The position numbers were made by a program, and so were the translations under genes. A stretch of DNA of 63,751 nt, filler included, from Octopus bimaculoides (Eukaryota), in the NCBI RefSeq assembly GCF_001194135.2. It is 6 parts of 5 records of this genome, joined end to end, with 100 filler letters (N's around TTAATTAATTAA, not from the genome) between each part and the next. Parts side by side here need not be neighbours in the genome. Positions count along the whole stretch, not along the records: positions 10,248 to 21,231 come from NC_068983.1; positions 21,332 to 52,613 come from NC_068992.1; 4 more parts are not named here. One strand, given 5' to 3'. Under the pieces are notes generated by a model that saw only the letters and a program-made list of their open reading frames with translations, was not told the origin of the DNA and did no database searches. Shown one piece after another: positions 12,322 to 26,559 of the stretch (positions are counted from its first letter, which is position 1; each line of letters opens with the position of its first letter).

Positions 12322-13201
12322 GAACGGGACGACGATATTCATGCCCGGCTCGACTTAACGTTGCTGCCTGCTCTAACACCAGAAGGAGATGCCTGATTAG
12401 ATCCTTAGCCCTGCATAATAGGTTTAATTGTACAAACATTCATTCCTGTTGTGAAATAGAACAGCAAACTCATTATCTAATCACATTATGGTCTCAAGTG
12501 ATCCCATGGTGTTTCAGTCAAGTTCGATGAATATTTCTTTCCTCCCATCCAATATGTATGCATTATTAATACATATTTGAGCAGATCCCAGTTCTTGATT
12601 TTGGACGCCAGGACTGTTTCTATTATTCTCTTAAATATTTCTCTTTAATATTTGCTACATCTGCTCATATACAAGCAGAATCTCAGACATTTGAAATTTT
12701 GATACTTTACATTAAAGTTAAAACTTCTTGAAATATTTACAAATGGTTCTAGAATGATTGGTAACACCTGTAATCCATTAGCAAAACACACTGATCTTAG
12801 AATTTGGAGCTGCTTGAAATCTTTTTCTTCAACTAAATTTACACCACATTTTTAATATTCAGCTTCCAGCTTTTCAACTCAATTAAATAGTAGTGTAGCT
12901 TCTTGAAATCTGTCGGGTGTTGAAACCATCTCCCTTGCTTTTTTTATTCTATCTCAAGCAGTAGGTTACAATGTCCTTTGAGTAAGTTTACAAAGTCCTT
13001 TTAATGGATCTTCTTCACCTTTATCTTGTCTATGTAATCTTTGATATGGTGTTTTATGTGCCATATCATTAACTCCTTTTCTGTGTTTGTCTCTCTCTTT
13101 TCTCGTGGTATAGTTTAACCAGACTTCATTCTCTCTATCTTTCTCTTTCGCTTTCTTCCTCTCTCCCTCTCCTTCGCATAGATACACACACGATCATACA
13201 A

Positions 13202-13237
<36 letters not shown>

Positions 13238-13689
13238 GTGTGTGTGCGCGCGCGTGTGTGTCTGTGTGAGTGTATGTGTGTGTGTATCAATTTAAAGAGA
13301 TCATGCAGATTGTGGTCAATACCTTATTAGCATCCAGCATACAACTGGCTAGTATAGGACGCTCAAAGGAATGCTAATCGATTTATAACTTTATTAATGC
13401 ATGTATAAAACTTTGTTCCATTCCAAAATTTTGGAAAAATTTTAACCCGTTGACAGGTGCTACACAACTCCAATCCGTAGTAATACACTAGCACGATCGA
13501 TTTTTTTCCCTGGCAGTCGCGTGTCTAATGTGGAGGGTGATGTCTCTATATAATGATGTGATACACATTTAATTGATGGATAACTTGCCAGACAAAATGA
13601 TTATCGTCGTTTCGTCCGTCTTTACATTCTGAGTTCAAATTCCGCATGTTGCATTAACTTGGGATATTTTTGTTTCTGAAGGAAACATG

Positions 13690-13850
13690 CATTATACATT
13701 TATGCATGCTTAGGAAGCATGTCTCAATATACTGTTGTAAAAGAAACTTCTCCATTGCCATGTTTTATCATTCACCCTACCATGATACTCAGTTGTATCA
13801 ATCTTATTTTCTCCTTCTACCGCACCGATATAATTGTGAAATATGTTTTT
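13690..13850 (-). pseudogene. piggyBac-like transposase C-terminal remnant
   Basis: Minus-frame translation HNYIGAVEGENKIDTTEYHGRVNDKTWQWRSFFY resembles the piggyBac YNxYMGGVD..ENID.YR....KKW.W motif, followed by a stop. Confidence 0.5.
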
Positions 13851-14509
13851 CCTTTCTAGTCTCCCAGTTCACATGATGTACTGAAAGGAAACTTGAACAA
13901 TGAATTGTAAAATTATAAAAGCGGGGTAGGATGAGTAAATTCTCATCCAAACTTTAAATAAACCATTGTGAATTCAAGACTGCACTAAAAGCACATACCT
14001 AAGGTGTTGACTAGTGCGATCGAACTCATAAACAAGCGAACTTCGTAGCAACCCAGCCATCCCCCAGCTAATATATAGATATTTTTACAGCCCTACCATC
14101 ACTTACTTATGCCAACGTACCACCAAAATATTAAATGCCTTTGTCACGTTTTACAAAAATTGATTGCTTGATTGATTACTTGCTATCGCAGAAAGTTCAG
14201 CTTTTTTTAAGAATGATTACTAAACAAAAATTTTTTTAATAGAAATTTTACTGTTCTCACAAGTTTTGTTGATATTAAATTATGCAGCCCATCTTTTATT
14301 TAATATATAATATGTTGCGCGAGTTGTAGGTGATACAGAAATATCAAAAACAAAAGTGAACGAAATAATATACAAATATGTTTCCATACGTAGGTACATA
14401 ATAAAACGATTTCTTTCAGATATTCATGGCGATATTATTCGGAAAGTAGTACAAAATACATTCAAATATTGATATGTAACATAGGAATAAGCTGACATAT
14501 ATTAGGGAA

Positions 14510-14582
14510 TAGATAGATTGATTGATAGACAGAGAGAGAAAGAGAGAGAGAGACAGAGAGAGAGAGACAGAGAGAGAGAGAC

Positions 14583-14630
<48 letters not shown>
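14510..14630. repeat. (GA)n/(GACAGAGAGAGA) microsatellite
   Basis: Direct reading. Confidence 0.95.
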
Positions 14631-14632
<2 letters not shown>

Positions 14633-15084
14633 GTTTCGGCTTACATCCTACAGATTTAACCGACTTTCTCTGAAGATGTGTGTGTGTACGCGCGCACGTG
14701 TATTTGGTTTAATAATAGGGGTTCCTAGTTCTATCATGTCATATATGGGGATCACCAGGATATTGTCAAGCAGGAAGACTTGGGCAAACCATACGCGGTG
14801 ATGTGGCGAATGGTTCTACCCCAGTTTCCTGTAGGTACCCAAAGTGCCACCTCTGTAGATACCCGGAGCAGAAACGTATTGGATTTTGAGTGAGCAATTT
14901 GGACATTTAGGACTTGCTTTCACACCCTTCACAATTGAGTGATACCAGTACCGCTACAAGGACACATAGGGTTCATTTCTTTTCTGCAGAGAAGGTCAGT
15001 TTACGAGGACTATACAAAGCCATCTTTTAGGGTAATGAGAGCTCATCCGAACTTAATTATCTATTAAAAGGTGATGGATATTCA

Positions 15085-15465
15085 AGGGTATCGACCCACT
15101 ACCACTACGACACCCAAGTACTTGACTGCTACTTTGACCTGTCGAACCCGGAAAGTTAAAAGGCAAAGTTAATGGGATTTGAACTCAAACACGGAACATA
15201 TATGGCCATAACTAAATACTACAAAGAATTCTGTTCATCACTCTACCGATTCTATCAATCCAACTTCTTGAATACATTCAACTATAATATTTGTAATTTG
15301 AATACAAGGTCACATATTTGGAGATAAGACATGATCGATTATATTTCTCCCTAGTGGTTAACGGGTACTTTATTTTACCAACTCCGGTAGGTTAAAAGGT
15401 AAAGTGAGTCTCGACGGAATAATTCAAAGTCGAAATACATACTGTCAAATATAGAACGCCTAATG
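15085..15465 (-). mobile_element. Two degenerate SINE family A copies
   Basis: tatcgaccc...aaaggcaaagtt...ggatttgaactc at 15085-15265 and a second partial copy at 15320-15465. Confidence 0.6.
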
Positions 15466-15704
15466 TAGATTTTTTTCCTTTCCGATGCCATTTGTTGGCT
15501 TTTTTTTTTAGTTAATATCGGACCAGATATTTCTTCTGACTGTTATGTTAAAGGAATGCGAAGATCACAAGTGTAGCCTTACTTCTTTAATATACTATTA
15601 TATATATTTATATATATATATATGAATGAGTGGACAAACGGAAGGGCACTCAACACATTTATTGGGAGTTACATGTATGGATCAAAGCAGTTTGGTTCAA
15701 ACTG

Positions 15705-15736
<32 letters not shown>

Positions 15737-16582
15737 NNNNNNNNNNNNNNNNNNNNNNNNNNNNNNNNNNNNNNNNNNNNNNNNNNNNNNNNNNNNNNNN
15801 NNNNNNNNNNNNNNNNNNNNNNNNNNNNNNNNNNNNNNNNNNNNNNNNNNNNNNNNNNNNNNNNNNNNNNNNNNNNNNNNNNNNNNNNNNNNNNNNNNNN
15901 NNNNNNNNNNNNNNNNNNNNNNNNNNNNNNNNNNNNNNNNNNNNNNNNNNNNNNNNNNNNNNNNNNNNNNNNNNNNNNNNNNNNNNNNNNNNNNNNNNNN
16001 NNNNNNNNNNNNNNNNNNNNNNNNNNNNNNNNNNNNNNNNNNNNNNNNNNNNNNNNNNNNNNNNNNNNNNNNNNNNNNNNNNNNNNNNNNNNNNNNNNNN
16101 NNNNNNNNNNNNNNNNNNNNNNNNNNNNNNNNNNNNNNNNNNNNNNNNNNNNNNNNNNNNNNNNNNNNNNNNNNNNNNNNNNNNNNNNNNNNNNNNNNNN
16201 NNNNNNNNNNNNNNNNNNNNNNNNNNNNNNNNNNNNNNNNNNNNNNNNNNNNNNNNNNNNNNNNNNNNNNNNNNNNNNNNNNNNNNNNNNNNNNNNNNNN
16301 NNNNNNNNNNNNNNNNNNNNNNNNNNNNNNNNNNNNNNNNNNNNNNNNNNNNNNNNNNNNNNNNNNNNNNNNNNNNNNNNNNNNNNNNNNNNNNNNNNNN
16401 NNNNNNNNNNNNNNNNNNNNNNNNNNNNNNNNNNNNNNNNNNNNNNNNNNNNNNNNNNNNNNNNNNNNNNNNNNNNNNNNNNNNNNNNNNNNNNNNNNNN
16501 NNNNNNNNNNNNNNNNNNNNNNNNNNNNNNNNNNNNNNNNNNNNNNNNNNNNNNNNNNNNNNNNNNNNNNNNNNNNNNNATA

Positions 16583-16745
16583 TACGACGGGCTTCTTTCA
16601 GTTTCCATCTACCAAATCCACTCACAAGGCTTTGGTCAGCCAGAGGCTATAGTAGAAGACACTTACTCAAGGTGCCACGCAGTGGGACTGAACCCGGAAC
16701 CATGTGATTCGAAAACAAGCTTCTTACCACACAGCCACTCCCGCG
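16583..16745 (-). mobile_element. SINE family B, 5' part (rest lies in the gap)
   Basis: Reverse complement has the tRNA-like head ggagtggctgtgtggtaagaagcttg...gggttcagtcccactgcgtggca, with A and B boxes. Confidence 0.92.
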
Positions 16746-19568
16746 ATCGACGCCTTACATTCGCGGTGTCCCTTTTAAATTCCAGCATTTTTTAAAATAA
16801 AGTACTATTCTTTCCCCACATCCCTTAATTTTGAATTGACTTTACGGTTAAGAGATTCGCTTCGAAATCAGGTAGTTCTAGATTCGATCTTATAAACACA
16901 TAACCTGGAGCAAATGTCTTCTCATTTTTCATTACGTCGACCCGCTATGAGTGAAATTGGGTAAACGGTAACTGTTAAGTTGCCATCGGATGAATTGTAC
17001 CTGTTTTTATGCGATAGACTTACCTTGTCGCTTGGTTTTAATACCCCTTCTGGCCCTTGGGATACCGTAAGCGGAATCCATTCTTTAGCAAGCATTCAAG
17101 CCTGGTACCAATCAAGGATTAGCTGAGTCATGGTTTCTTCACCCTTCCCCACTAATCTGAATTGCTCTGCAAAATATCATGGGCGCATCACTGATTAAGC
17201 GATCTTTCCATCATTGATTAAACTATTAATAAATTTCTAAGGTGATATATTTACAATAATTGAACCGGTTTGAAGATTCCTTGATTTTTAAAAGTTGTGT
17301 AAGATTGAGGGATATAGTGCTATGCTGTAACTGTCTGACCTCTGAACGGGACTTGAAAATTCGTTCACCTTAATAAAAAAATATATATATAATTCAAATT
17401 GTTATCAGTTAAGATGAGGATTAATTGGCTGAAAATGGTCACGAGGTCAGGAATACAATTTGGAAAATTCTCTGCCTGACCTCATAACCATCTTCAACCA
17501 TATTGTATGGATATTAATAGCGCCAAAAGTCACACATACACGTGTGTGGTGGATAGGGTTGTATTGTGCGTATGAGTGTAATGTAAAACAATTGTGATAG
17601 TACTTCTCCAGTTTCGCGCCTAGATACTCATCATAGAAATAGGTATTAGATGGAAGTTAGTAGAAGGAAGAGGAGATATAGTTGGTAAGTCTATTATGCG
17701 TGTTTTTGCTATTAAAGTGAATATTGTTTAAAGAAATAAGAAATTCTATTGGCTTTTTGGTTCTAGTGGAGGACGTATTGAATGATTCGTGTATTTGACG
17801 TACATTTAGGAAACTATTTACTTTATAGTGGATAATTTTAAATTTCTGTACTCAGCCTCATATATACATCTAAATAGGCGCGGTAGAACCTCATCCATCC
17901 ATTCAGGTCGGGCAACTTTCCCAAACCAATGTAACTCTTCAACACCAGACGTCCCGATCGAACGAATAGTCCTGAGTTTGAACGAAGAGTGTGGAACTTC
18001 TTCGTCATTATTGTTTCCAGGTCTATTCCGACCCTGAGTAGTGTTTCCTGTCAGGGTCCCGGTTAGTGTTAAATAACATGTAACCAACTAAGCCAGGAAA
18101 CGTTAAAATCATGGGATGTAGCATGGTGGATGTGAACTACATTTAGCTGATGAACTTATTGAGTCAATGACGAATATCATCACGAGATGCTGGGCGGATG
18201 GACAGACAACAAACTGTCAATGGCCAGGATCAACCATTTCAGTTAACAAACTATTACCATCATCTATATTCGTGGCGTGCGCAGATGAGACATTTCAGCA
18301 AGCGAAGTCTAACCAGTGTAACTAAAACCCTGGTTAAACTTTCATACCTCATCACTTGATCAGCAGAACCCCAAGAACCATATGTCTGCAAGTTATAATT
18401 TGTGTTATACTTCTTACAAGATCAGTATGTGACGTACTATATTCCTATTTATATTTTCTTTAGAATTTGTAAATTTAGTTTGTATTATAGATATAAGCCC
18501 TGTATTTTTCAATGTTTTTAATGTTTAATTTTAATATATACTGTTAAACAGAGGGATGAATTATAATCTTTTGTCAGTTTTAAAGTATATGCTATTTATT
18601 ACAAGAATATTTTAAAGAGGAGTGATTTTTTTAATTGCATATTCTTAATTACATATTCTTCATTAGTTATTCTTAAGAAAAAGATTTTTATTAAGAATAC
18701 GTAATTAAAAAAATATAATTAAAGTTTATTCTTTTGGGATGCATACGTGATGGTTTCCATTCACGAAACAGTACATGTCTTCTTTCCCAGTTATTACGCA
18801 CCCAATTTTATGTATTCACATGTATAGAATAGTTCATATGAAATCGCTTCTTTCTCAATATTTTATGCATTGAAACTAAAGAAATTTTTGAGTAGCGTTA
18901 TGTGCAGACAAATCACCCGATTAAAAAAAGAAGATCTGAAACCGATACACATTGCACACGTTCGTAATCCAATTCATTTTTGAAGAATCAAATATTTAAA
19001 ATATATGAAATATATATATACATAAATACATATATATACATAAATATATANNNNNNNNNNNNNNNNNNNNNNNNNNNNNNNNNNNNNNNNNNNNNNNNNN
19101 NNNNNNNNNNNNNNNNNNNNNNNNNNNNNNNNNNNNNNNNNNNNNNNNNNNNNNNNNNNNNNNNNNNNNNNNNNNNNNNNNNNNNNNNNNNNNNNNNNNN
19201 NNNNNNNNNNNNNNNNNNNNNNNNNNNNNNNNNNNNNNNNNNNNNNNNNNNNNNNNNNNNNNNNNNNNNNNNNNNNNNNNNNNNNNNNNNNNNNNNNNNN
19301 NNNNNNNNNNNNNNNNNNNNNNNNNNNNNNNNNNNNNNNNNNNNNNNNNNNNNNNNNNNNNNNNNNNNNNNNNNNNNNNNNNNNNNNNNNNNNNNNNNNN
19401 NNNNNNNNNNNNNNNNNNNNNNNNNNNNNNNNNNNNNNNNNNNNNNNNNNNNNNNNNNNNNNNNNNNNNNNNNNNNNNNNNNNNNNNNNNNNNNNNNNNN
19501 NNNNNNNNNNNNNNNNNNNNNNNNNNNNNNNNNNNNNNNNNNNNNNNNNNNNNNNNNNNNNNNNNNNN

Positions 19569-19607
<39 letters not shown>

Positions 19608-20880
19608 ACACGCAGTCATATATATGGTCGTATAACGGGTGTTGATGTTGCTGTTAATCTCAGTTTGCCGGCCAGAGCGATATGCATTCTGAACCGAACA
19701 ATTTCTCGATCGAAATCTTGAAAGTTATTTCTGGCAAACACGTTACGTAACAACATTTTCTCCGTACACAGTGCTTATCTTCCTGCAGGCTTCTGTCACG
19801 TTCTTGCCTTTATAAAATAAAAAGCATCATGTGTCGATAATGTTCGTTTTGGTTCTCCATTTTCAATGTAATCTCAAGCATACAAAATACAACCTGTCTC
19901 GTCACAAGTTCGTGTCGAACTACATTAAAGTGTCAAGTATCTAACGAGTATGCATGTGCAAGAGACAGTCTGGAGTTAGTTACTTATTAGAGTGCCTGTA
20001 GTTTAGCGACAACAAAAACCTAACGGATGTTTTTGCCCAACCTATTATATTGAGAGGCATCTATAATTTCGAAACCAATTAGTCAATCATTAAGAACTAC
20101 GTTCTCGCACACCAATGGATTTATATGCCTGATATGTTTATCTGAAAATTACAACATACTGATGTAACGTTTAATTTGTTAAACTAGAATTAGTTCCGTG
20201 TCTTCCTGCATTAGACAACGTGTATATATGATGAACACTTTATCAACAGGTTCGATGTTGCAAGAATCGTCTATTGTCAATGTCGGCCATATTATCAACG
20301 CCGGCCATACGCTAAGTTACCTACAAGTAGTTTTTGTATTTTTTTTTCTTTTTTAATATTCTTGAAACTCACTGCCTTTCATTGCCACAAACGATTTTTT
20401 TTTTCGTTACGTTCATTCCCCTTCGAACATATATACAAATATACACACATCCACAACATACATCCACACTCACAGAGTATACAGAATATAAACACACACG
20501 CGCTCAAACACACATACATACACGTACAAAGGCCTACGTACGAGGGGACGCACGCACTCACTCACACACATACACAGACACACACGTGTGCAACATATAA
20601 ACTGCCTCTAATACACCGCCTCTAACATTAAAGCTTTTTCAACTGGCAAGAGAAAATCAAATATTTGTGCCGTTGCTACGAATATGGCTATCTCTTCTTC
20701 GTTCACCTACTTACTGCTTTACCTTTGCTTTGTGCCGTATCGGTCCTCTTTTCACTGCTTATTCACTCGTTCTGTACACATACCGCACCAACCTTATCTA
20801 TAAAAACACTCACACACACTCACTCGTGTGTACATGCATATGTGTGTGCATGTGTATACATACATGTATATGTATAAACA

Positions 20881-20939
<59 letters not shown>

Positions 20940-21073
20940 CGCATACACTACATGTAATACAAAATACAAGCACATAGATTAATCAGAAATACATACATAT
21001 GCTCTGAATGCACACATGCATAAATAAATCTATTCACACATATATGCCTACACATGTATATGTATATGTATGT

Positions 21074-21104
<31 letters not shown>

Positions 21105-23735
21105 CATGCATACATATATACATACATATATATATACACATATATATAATATATATATACACATATATACATAAATGCATATATATATATATACTTATAT
21201 ATACATACATATATATATATGTATATATATANNNNNNNNNNNNNNNNNNNNNNNNNNNNNNNNNNNNNNNNNNNNTTAATTAATTAANNNNNNNNNNNNN
21301 NNNNNNNNNNNNNNNNNNNNNNNNNNNNNNNCTTTATTAATTAAACACGACTGACCTAAACATTTCCATTTCCTCACACACAAAGAGAAATATACCCATA
21401 TATATAAACAGAGAGAGAAAGAGATGGAAGGAGGGAGAGGGGGGGCAGAGAGAACGAGAAAAACGTTAAAAAAATGACTGATGTCAAATAAGACAGCATC
21501 GAATCAGCGACGCCAAATTGGCGGCGCCGAAACGTCACTTAGCCGTCCAAATCGATTGTTTCTTCTGGGATTATTTTGAAATTTTCACTGTTTTCATTTG
21601 CATCTCATCTGTATTTGTGTAATTGTGAATCACTTCAATTATCTGCAGTTGTTTTTTTATTGCACATTTACAAAGCTCAGTTTGTAAAAGTCTAGAAGTT
21701 TGTAAGCTCTGTAGGGTTTCGTCAGTCGTAAATTTCTGTATTGTTTGCAAATTGTTTAAATAGCGAAGTCTTAAATACAATGAAGCTGTCGAAAATCATG
21801 GCAAATGAAACGGACGACCGTAGTAAGTTGAAGAGAAGAACTACAGAAGACGTGACTAGACTCTCGTTGCAATTGAAATTTTTAAAGAACAAAATATTTG
21901 GTGTATTTCTTTTATTGGTTTTAGTCATTGGACTGTTGCTAAACTGGGGCGCCACCTATTAGGTTTTATACGCATATTCCACACACACACACACATACAT
22001 GCATTCATACATGCACACACATGCATACGTATACACACATACACACACGTACATATATTCACGCATACATACATAAATATATACGCCCGTATATACATAT
22101 ATTGTATACACACACATAATATTCTTACAATCATACATACGCATAAATACACACGCACACACACACATATATAGATTACATACATGCGTACATATTTGTG
22201 TGTGTATGTGTGTGATTGTATATATATGAAAGTGGGGAGACAAAGAGAGAGAGAAGGACTACTTTCAATGTATTTGTAAAATTATGCACAAGTCTGAAGC
22301 TGTGCAAAGCTTTAAAAGAAAAGCGTAACCATATTCTGAATAAACGAATTGTTATTATTTTCAATGTACAAACATCAACCTCCGACAGAAAAGGGGAACA
22401 AGGACGTCTGCAATTGGCAGACGTGTATATTATACTGAAAAGGGAAACTATTATGTGACAGTCATACATTTAAGTAATGTAAATGATAAAGGTTTCAGCA
22501 TTGAATGAAGACTATTTAGCAAACACACTGCACAAAAAATGTGCTGCCCCAACAGACTATCTTTTCCTTTTTGCCTTTGTAATGATAATCCCGATCTTAA
22601 GTACAAGGGGTGATTTCGATTAAAAGAAATCTTTGAACTAACTAAAATGAATAATTTATTAATGAATATTCTAAGAGTATGTAGAAGTAAGATTTAGTTA
22701 GGTCTCTTTGTGTTCCGAGTTCAAATCCATCTTTTCTAGTCAGTATAAAAAGCATAAATCAGTTATTTATTTTATTTTTTCTTATTTCCATTCCGTGCTG
22801 TATTTTACATCGCTCTCGGCGTGCATTAACCATTAAGCAAAATAGGCACGCGCTTAGGGCATCATGGGAAGTGGCGGCATCACAGATATGGTAAATGATG
22901 CACAGGACAAAAGAACCATGTTAAACTTACTAAAATAATATTCAGAATGCCTCATCTCTACTAAATATAGAAGCAGTTGTGTTATGTAAGATAAATTTTA
23001 AGGATCTGATCAAAAGCCTTGCAATTAAAAAGAAGTAGGAGAAAACTTTTCAAATATAACGAAAGTGGAATTGTGGAAATATAGACATTATCTTCCATCT
23101 TACGGTTAGTTTGGTTTCATTTTGAAAAATAAAATTTATTTTATGGCTTATTATTATTTATAGTTTGAATCATATATCAGGGTCCCTATGCTTTCTAATC
23201 CGGACCTGACGAACCTTTTGGTAGAATCTTTTTTCTTTTCTTTAGAACAGTTTGTTAATTATTTGCTCAACTCTTCTCCATCTCTGAAGAATGGGACGCT
23301 GTGAGTAGTGCTTCATGGTCTTTCTCCCTGCGGGAAGTCAAGTTTTTGGGATGTAATTTCAAATTACTGTCACAACAACTGTAGTCTTCCTTTTGTACGT
23401 TTGTTTGTGTGTTTTAGTGAGTATGTGAAGAGTAGTGAGTATATATATATATATATATATATNNNNNNNNNNNNNNNNNNNNNNNNNNNNNNNNNNNNNN
23501 NNNNNNNNNNNNNNNNNNNNNNNNNNNNNNNNNNNNNNNNNNNNNNNNNNNNNNNNNNNNNNNNNNNNNNNNNNNNNNNNNNNNNNNNNNNNNNNNNNNN
23601 NNNNNNNNNNNNNNNNNNNNNNNNNNNNNNNNNNNNNNNNNNNNNNNNNNNNNNNNNNNNNNNNNNNNNNNNNNNNNNNNNNNNNNNNNNNNNNNNNNNN
23701 NNNNNNNNNNNNNNNNNNNNNNNNNNNNNNNNNNN

Positions 23736-23806
<71 letters not shown>

Positions 23807-24049
23807 TACATACATATATATATGCATACATACATTATATATGCATACATACATACATTATATATATATATATATGCATACATACATACTTTATATATGT
23901 ATGTGTGTGTGTATGTATGTATGTATTAATATTTAGCAGAAGCAACAGAGTGACTTAAGGGCCGAGAGTTTCGTACGTTAGCACTTACCAGGCACATACA
24001 CTTATGTTTTGAATTCTACGTTTCTTGTTTGCATCACCAAACCTCTGTG

Positions 24050-24091
<42 letters not shown>

Positions 24092-25022
24092 TGTGTGTGT
24101 GCGCGTGAAGCCTATTTATATCTATCTGCATTACTACCTACTTATTATGTACAAAATAATTGTAGAAAAGCTAAAGTGTGATTTGAACGGGATTTGATTG
24201 TTATTTCTACTAGGTTGAGCAACCACCAAGAACTCTCCTTCAGCTCGAGGAAAGCAGTGGGTTGTTTTTGTATATAAAATAAACAGCTGAATGGTCGGTC
24301 CTGAAGGAAGGCCTCGTATTCCTTGCTTAAATTGCTGAAAATAGCTACATACCTTTGTTACTCAAACACTACTCTAGCGGTTACCGTCAAGCAACCGCCT
24401 CCCCGCATTAGCCCTGATAAAACATATGGATCTATATTGATGACGTCATAATAATTTATAGACTTCGAGTGAACGCGAAATAACTTTCTTATTTTTGTTT
24501 TGGAACGGTGAATTTCGAAGCAGTTAAAGCTGATGTGAGAGTATTGGATCAAAAAACTCTTTTAACCCAATATTCAAACGTTGTAATTTATAGCTTTAGT
24601 TGCTTCGAAATCCACTGTTCCCCCCTCCCCCAAAGGTTATTTTTTATAGATCTTTGATCAAAAGTATTCCATAGATGGCCATTACGTCATTTTTTAAAGG
24701 ATAAATAATATGCGCATACAATAATCGCTTGAGGAAGATTTGGCTGCGTTTTCTTGTAGATCGAGCTGTAAATCCTTCTAGTTTGTTGATTTAAATACTT
24801 TAACGTGTGTGTGTGTGTGTGTGTGTGATGCGTGTGTGTGTGTGTTAATCTGTGCGTGCATGGGTGTGTGTTATACAGGGAGAATAGGATTAGGAAAAGA
24901 ATGTATAACACTGAAAGAACTGATGTCGCTAAGGGACACCGAGCGTTTTATTACATGCACACAGAAGTTAGCCGGTACCTTTATCAGCGTTTGTTATACA
25001 CTATGAAAAATGTTATTCCCTA

Positions 25023-25061
<39 letters not shown>

Positions 25062-25719
25062 TTCTTTTTTAACCACAAGAGTTTAAATTAAGAAAAACAT
25101 TATNNNNNNNNNNTAATAATAATTTCTTTTTTAACCACAAGAGTTTAAATTAAGAAAAAACATTATGGACAGTACAGGACAAAATAAAGAATGTGTGTGT
25201 GTGTGTGTATGAGTGTGTGTTGTGAGGGTTTTGCGTCTAAACAAGACTAGCAACATCATAAGAAAGAAAGAAAGAAAGAAAGAAATCAACAATGTGTTAT
25301 CCTAAATAGGGAGGAGACGTTCGAGGGCTGCTTGTGGAAAAACCCCATAAAAAACCATGAATAAAATAATCCGTTCTATTATAGGCAAAAAAACCGGAAA
25401 TTTTTACCTTCTGTAATTTTTCAGTACATCTTTCTCACTTTTTCTGTTAAACCAAATATTTTAGTTTTCTCTCTTTCATGACGTCTAACACATTTCTATT
25501 CCCGGAAGTCTTCTCGATGCACACACCTTAAAGCTTGTCATTTATTTTCTAGTATTTCAATTGATACCAACCTTTCAACTCCATTCAGAGAACCACACAT
25601 AACAGTTTGATTTCTTTTTTTTTCTGGTTTCAATAGGTTTTCAAATGATTTTCCAACTACTTCAATCTTTCTGTCTATTTTGAATTTTGCTTCACATTTT
25701 CCTGTTTTCAGATTACAAC

Positions 25720-25955
25720 TTTCACCATTTTAAGTCATTGGACTGCAGCCATGCTGGGGTATCACCTTGAATAGATTTAGTCGAACAAATCCATCCAAAT
25801 ACATTTCTTTTTAAACCTGAAACTTATTCTCTCGAACGATTTGCCGAACCGCTAAGTTACGGGGAAAGTAAAGAAACCAACACCGGTGGTCAAGCGGTGG
25901 TGGACGACCAACACAAACATAAAGGCACACACATATCTATCTATCTCTCTCTCTC

Positions 25956-25990
<35 letters not shown>
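25720..25990 (-). mobile_element. SINE family B, 3' half
   Basis: agtcattggactgcagccatgctggg...gccgaaccgctaagttacgggga. Confidence 0.85.
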
Positions 25991-25999
<9 letters not shown>

Positions 26000-26559
26000 T
26001 ATATATATANNNNNNNNNNNNNNNNNNNNNNNNNNNNNNNNNNNNNNNNNNNNNNNNNNNNNNNNNNNNNNNNNNNNNNNNNNNNNNNNNNNNNNNNNNN
26101 NNNNNNNNNNNNNNNNNNNNNNNNNNNNNNNNNNNNNNNNNNNNNNNNNNNNNNNNNNNNNNNNNNNNNNNNNNNNNNNNNNNNNNNNNNNNNNNNNNNN
26201 NNNNNNNNNNNNNNNNNNNNNNNNNNNNNNNNNNNNNNNNNNNNNNNNNNNNNNNNNNNNNNNNNNNNNNNNNNNNNNNNNNNNNNNNNNNNNNNNNNNN
26301 NNNNNNNNNNNNNNNNNNNNNNNNNNNNNNNNNNNNNNNNNNNNNNNNNNNNNNNNNGTGTGTGTGTGTGCGTGTTTGTGTGCATGTTTGAGAGCGTGTG
26401 CATGTGTGTGTGTGCGTGTGTGTATGTGTGTGTGCGCGTGTGAGTGTGTGTGTGTGTGAGAGAGAGCGCGTGTGTGTGTGTGATATGACAGCAATCTCGT
26501 TGCAGTCTGAAACTGCAACACTTGTTCTCCAGAGAGTTTCTTATATTCCTCAATGAGAA

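Noticed and set aside
12183-12530. 115-aa ORF
   Set aside because: It starts inside and crosses the TIR of the 11.65-12.32 kb element, and has no recognisable domain.
12560-13090. Coding-like purine-rich minus-strand segment, possibly a decayed transposase
   Set aside because: Multiple stops and no motif I can assign.
15622-16795. Long ORFs (up to 389 aa) here and at 8.6-9.4, 19.0-19.6, 23.3-24.0, 25.9-26.6, 27.5-28.0, 34.0-34.9, 35.4-36.3, 48.1-49.1, 51.0-51.9 and 55.9-56.7 kb
   Set aside because: They are open only because they run through N gaps and dinucleotide repeats.
17818-18087. 89-aa ORF in a relatively GC-rich segment
   Set aside because: No recognisable domain or splice context; probably a dispersed repeat fragment.
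21497-21545. GC-rich gcgacgccaaattggcggcgccgaaacgtc, resembling a Mutator-type TIR end
   Set aside because: No partner TIR or TSD was found.
21741-21962. Small ORF with an apparent C-terminal transmembrane helix (KIFGVFLLLVLVIGLLLNWGATY)
   Set aside because: The hydrophobic tail is encoded by a family B SINE 3'-end remnant (gttttagtcattggactgttgctaaactggggcgccacc).
22404-22424. Short hairpin acgtctgc-aattg-gcagacgt as a possible Helitron 3' end
   Set aside because: No CTRR terminus follows, and 8-bp arms can occur by chance.
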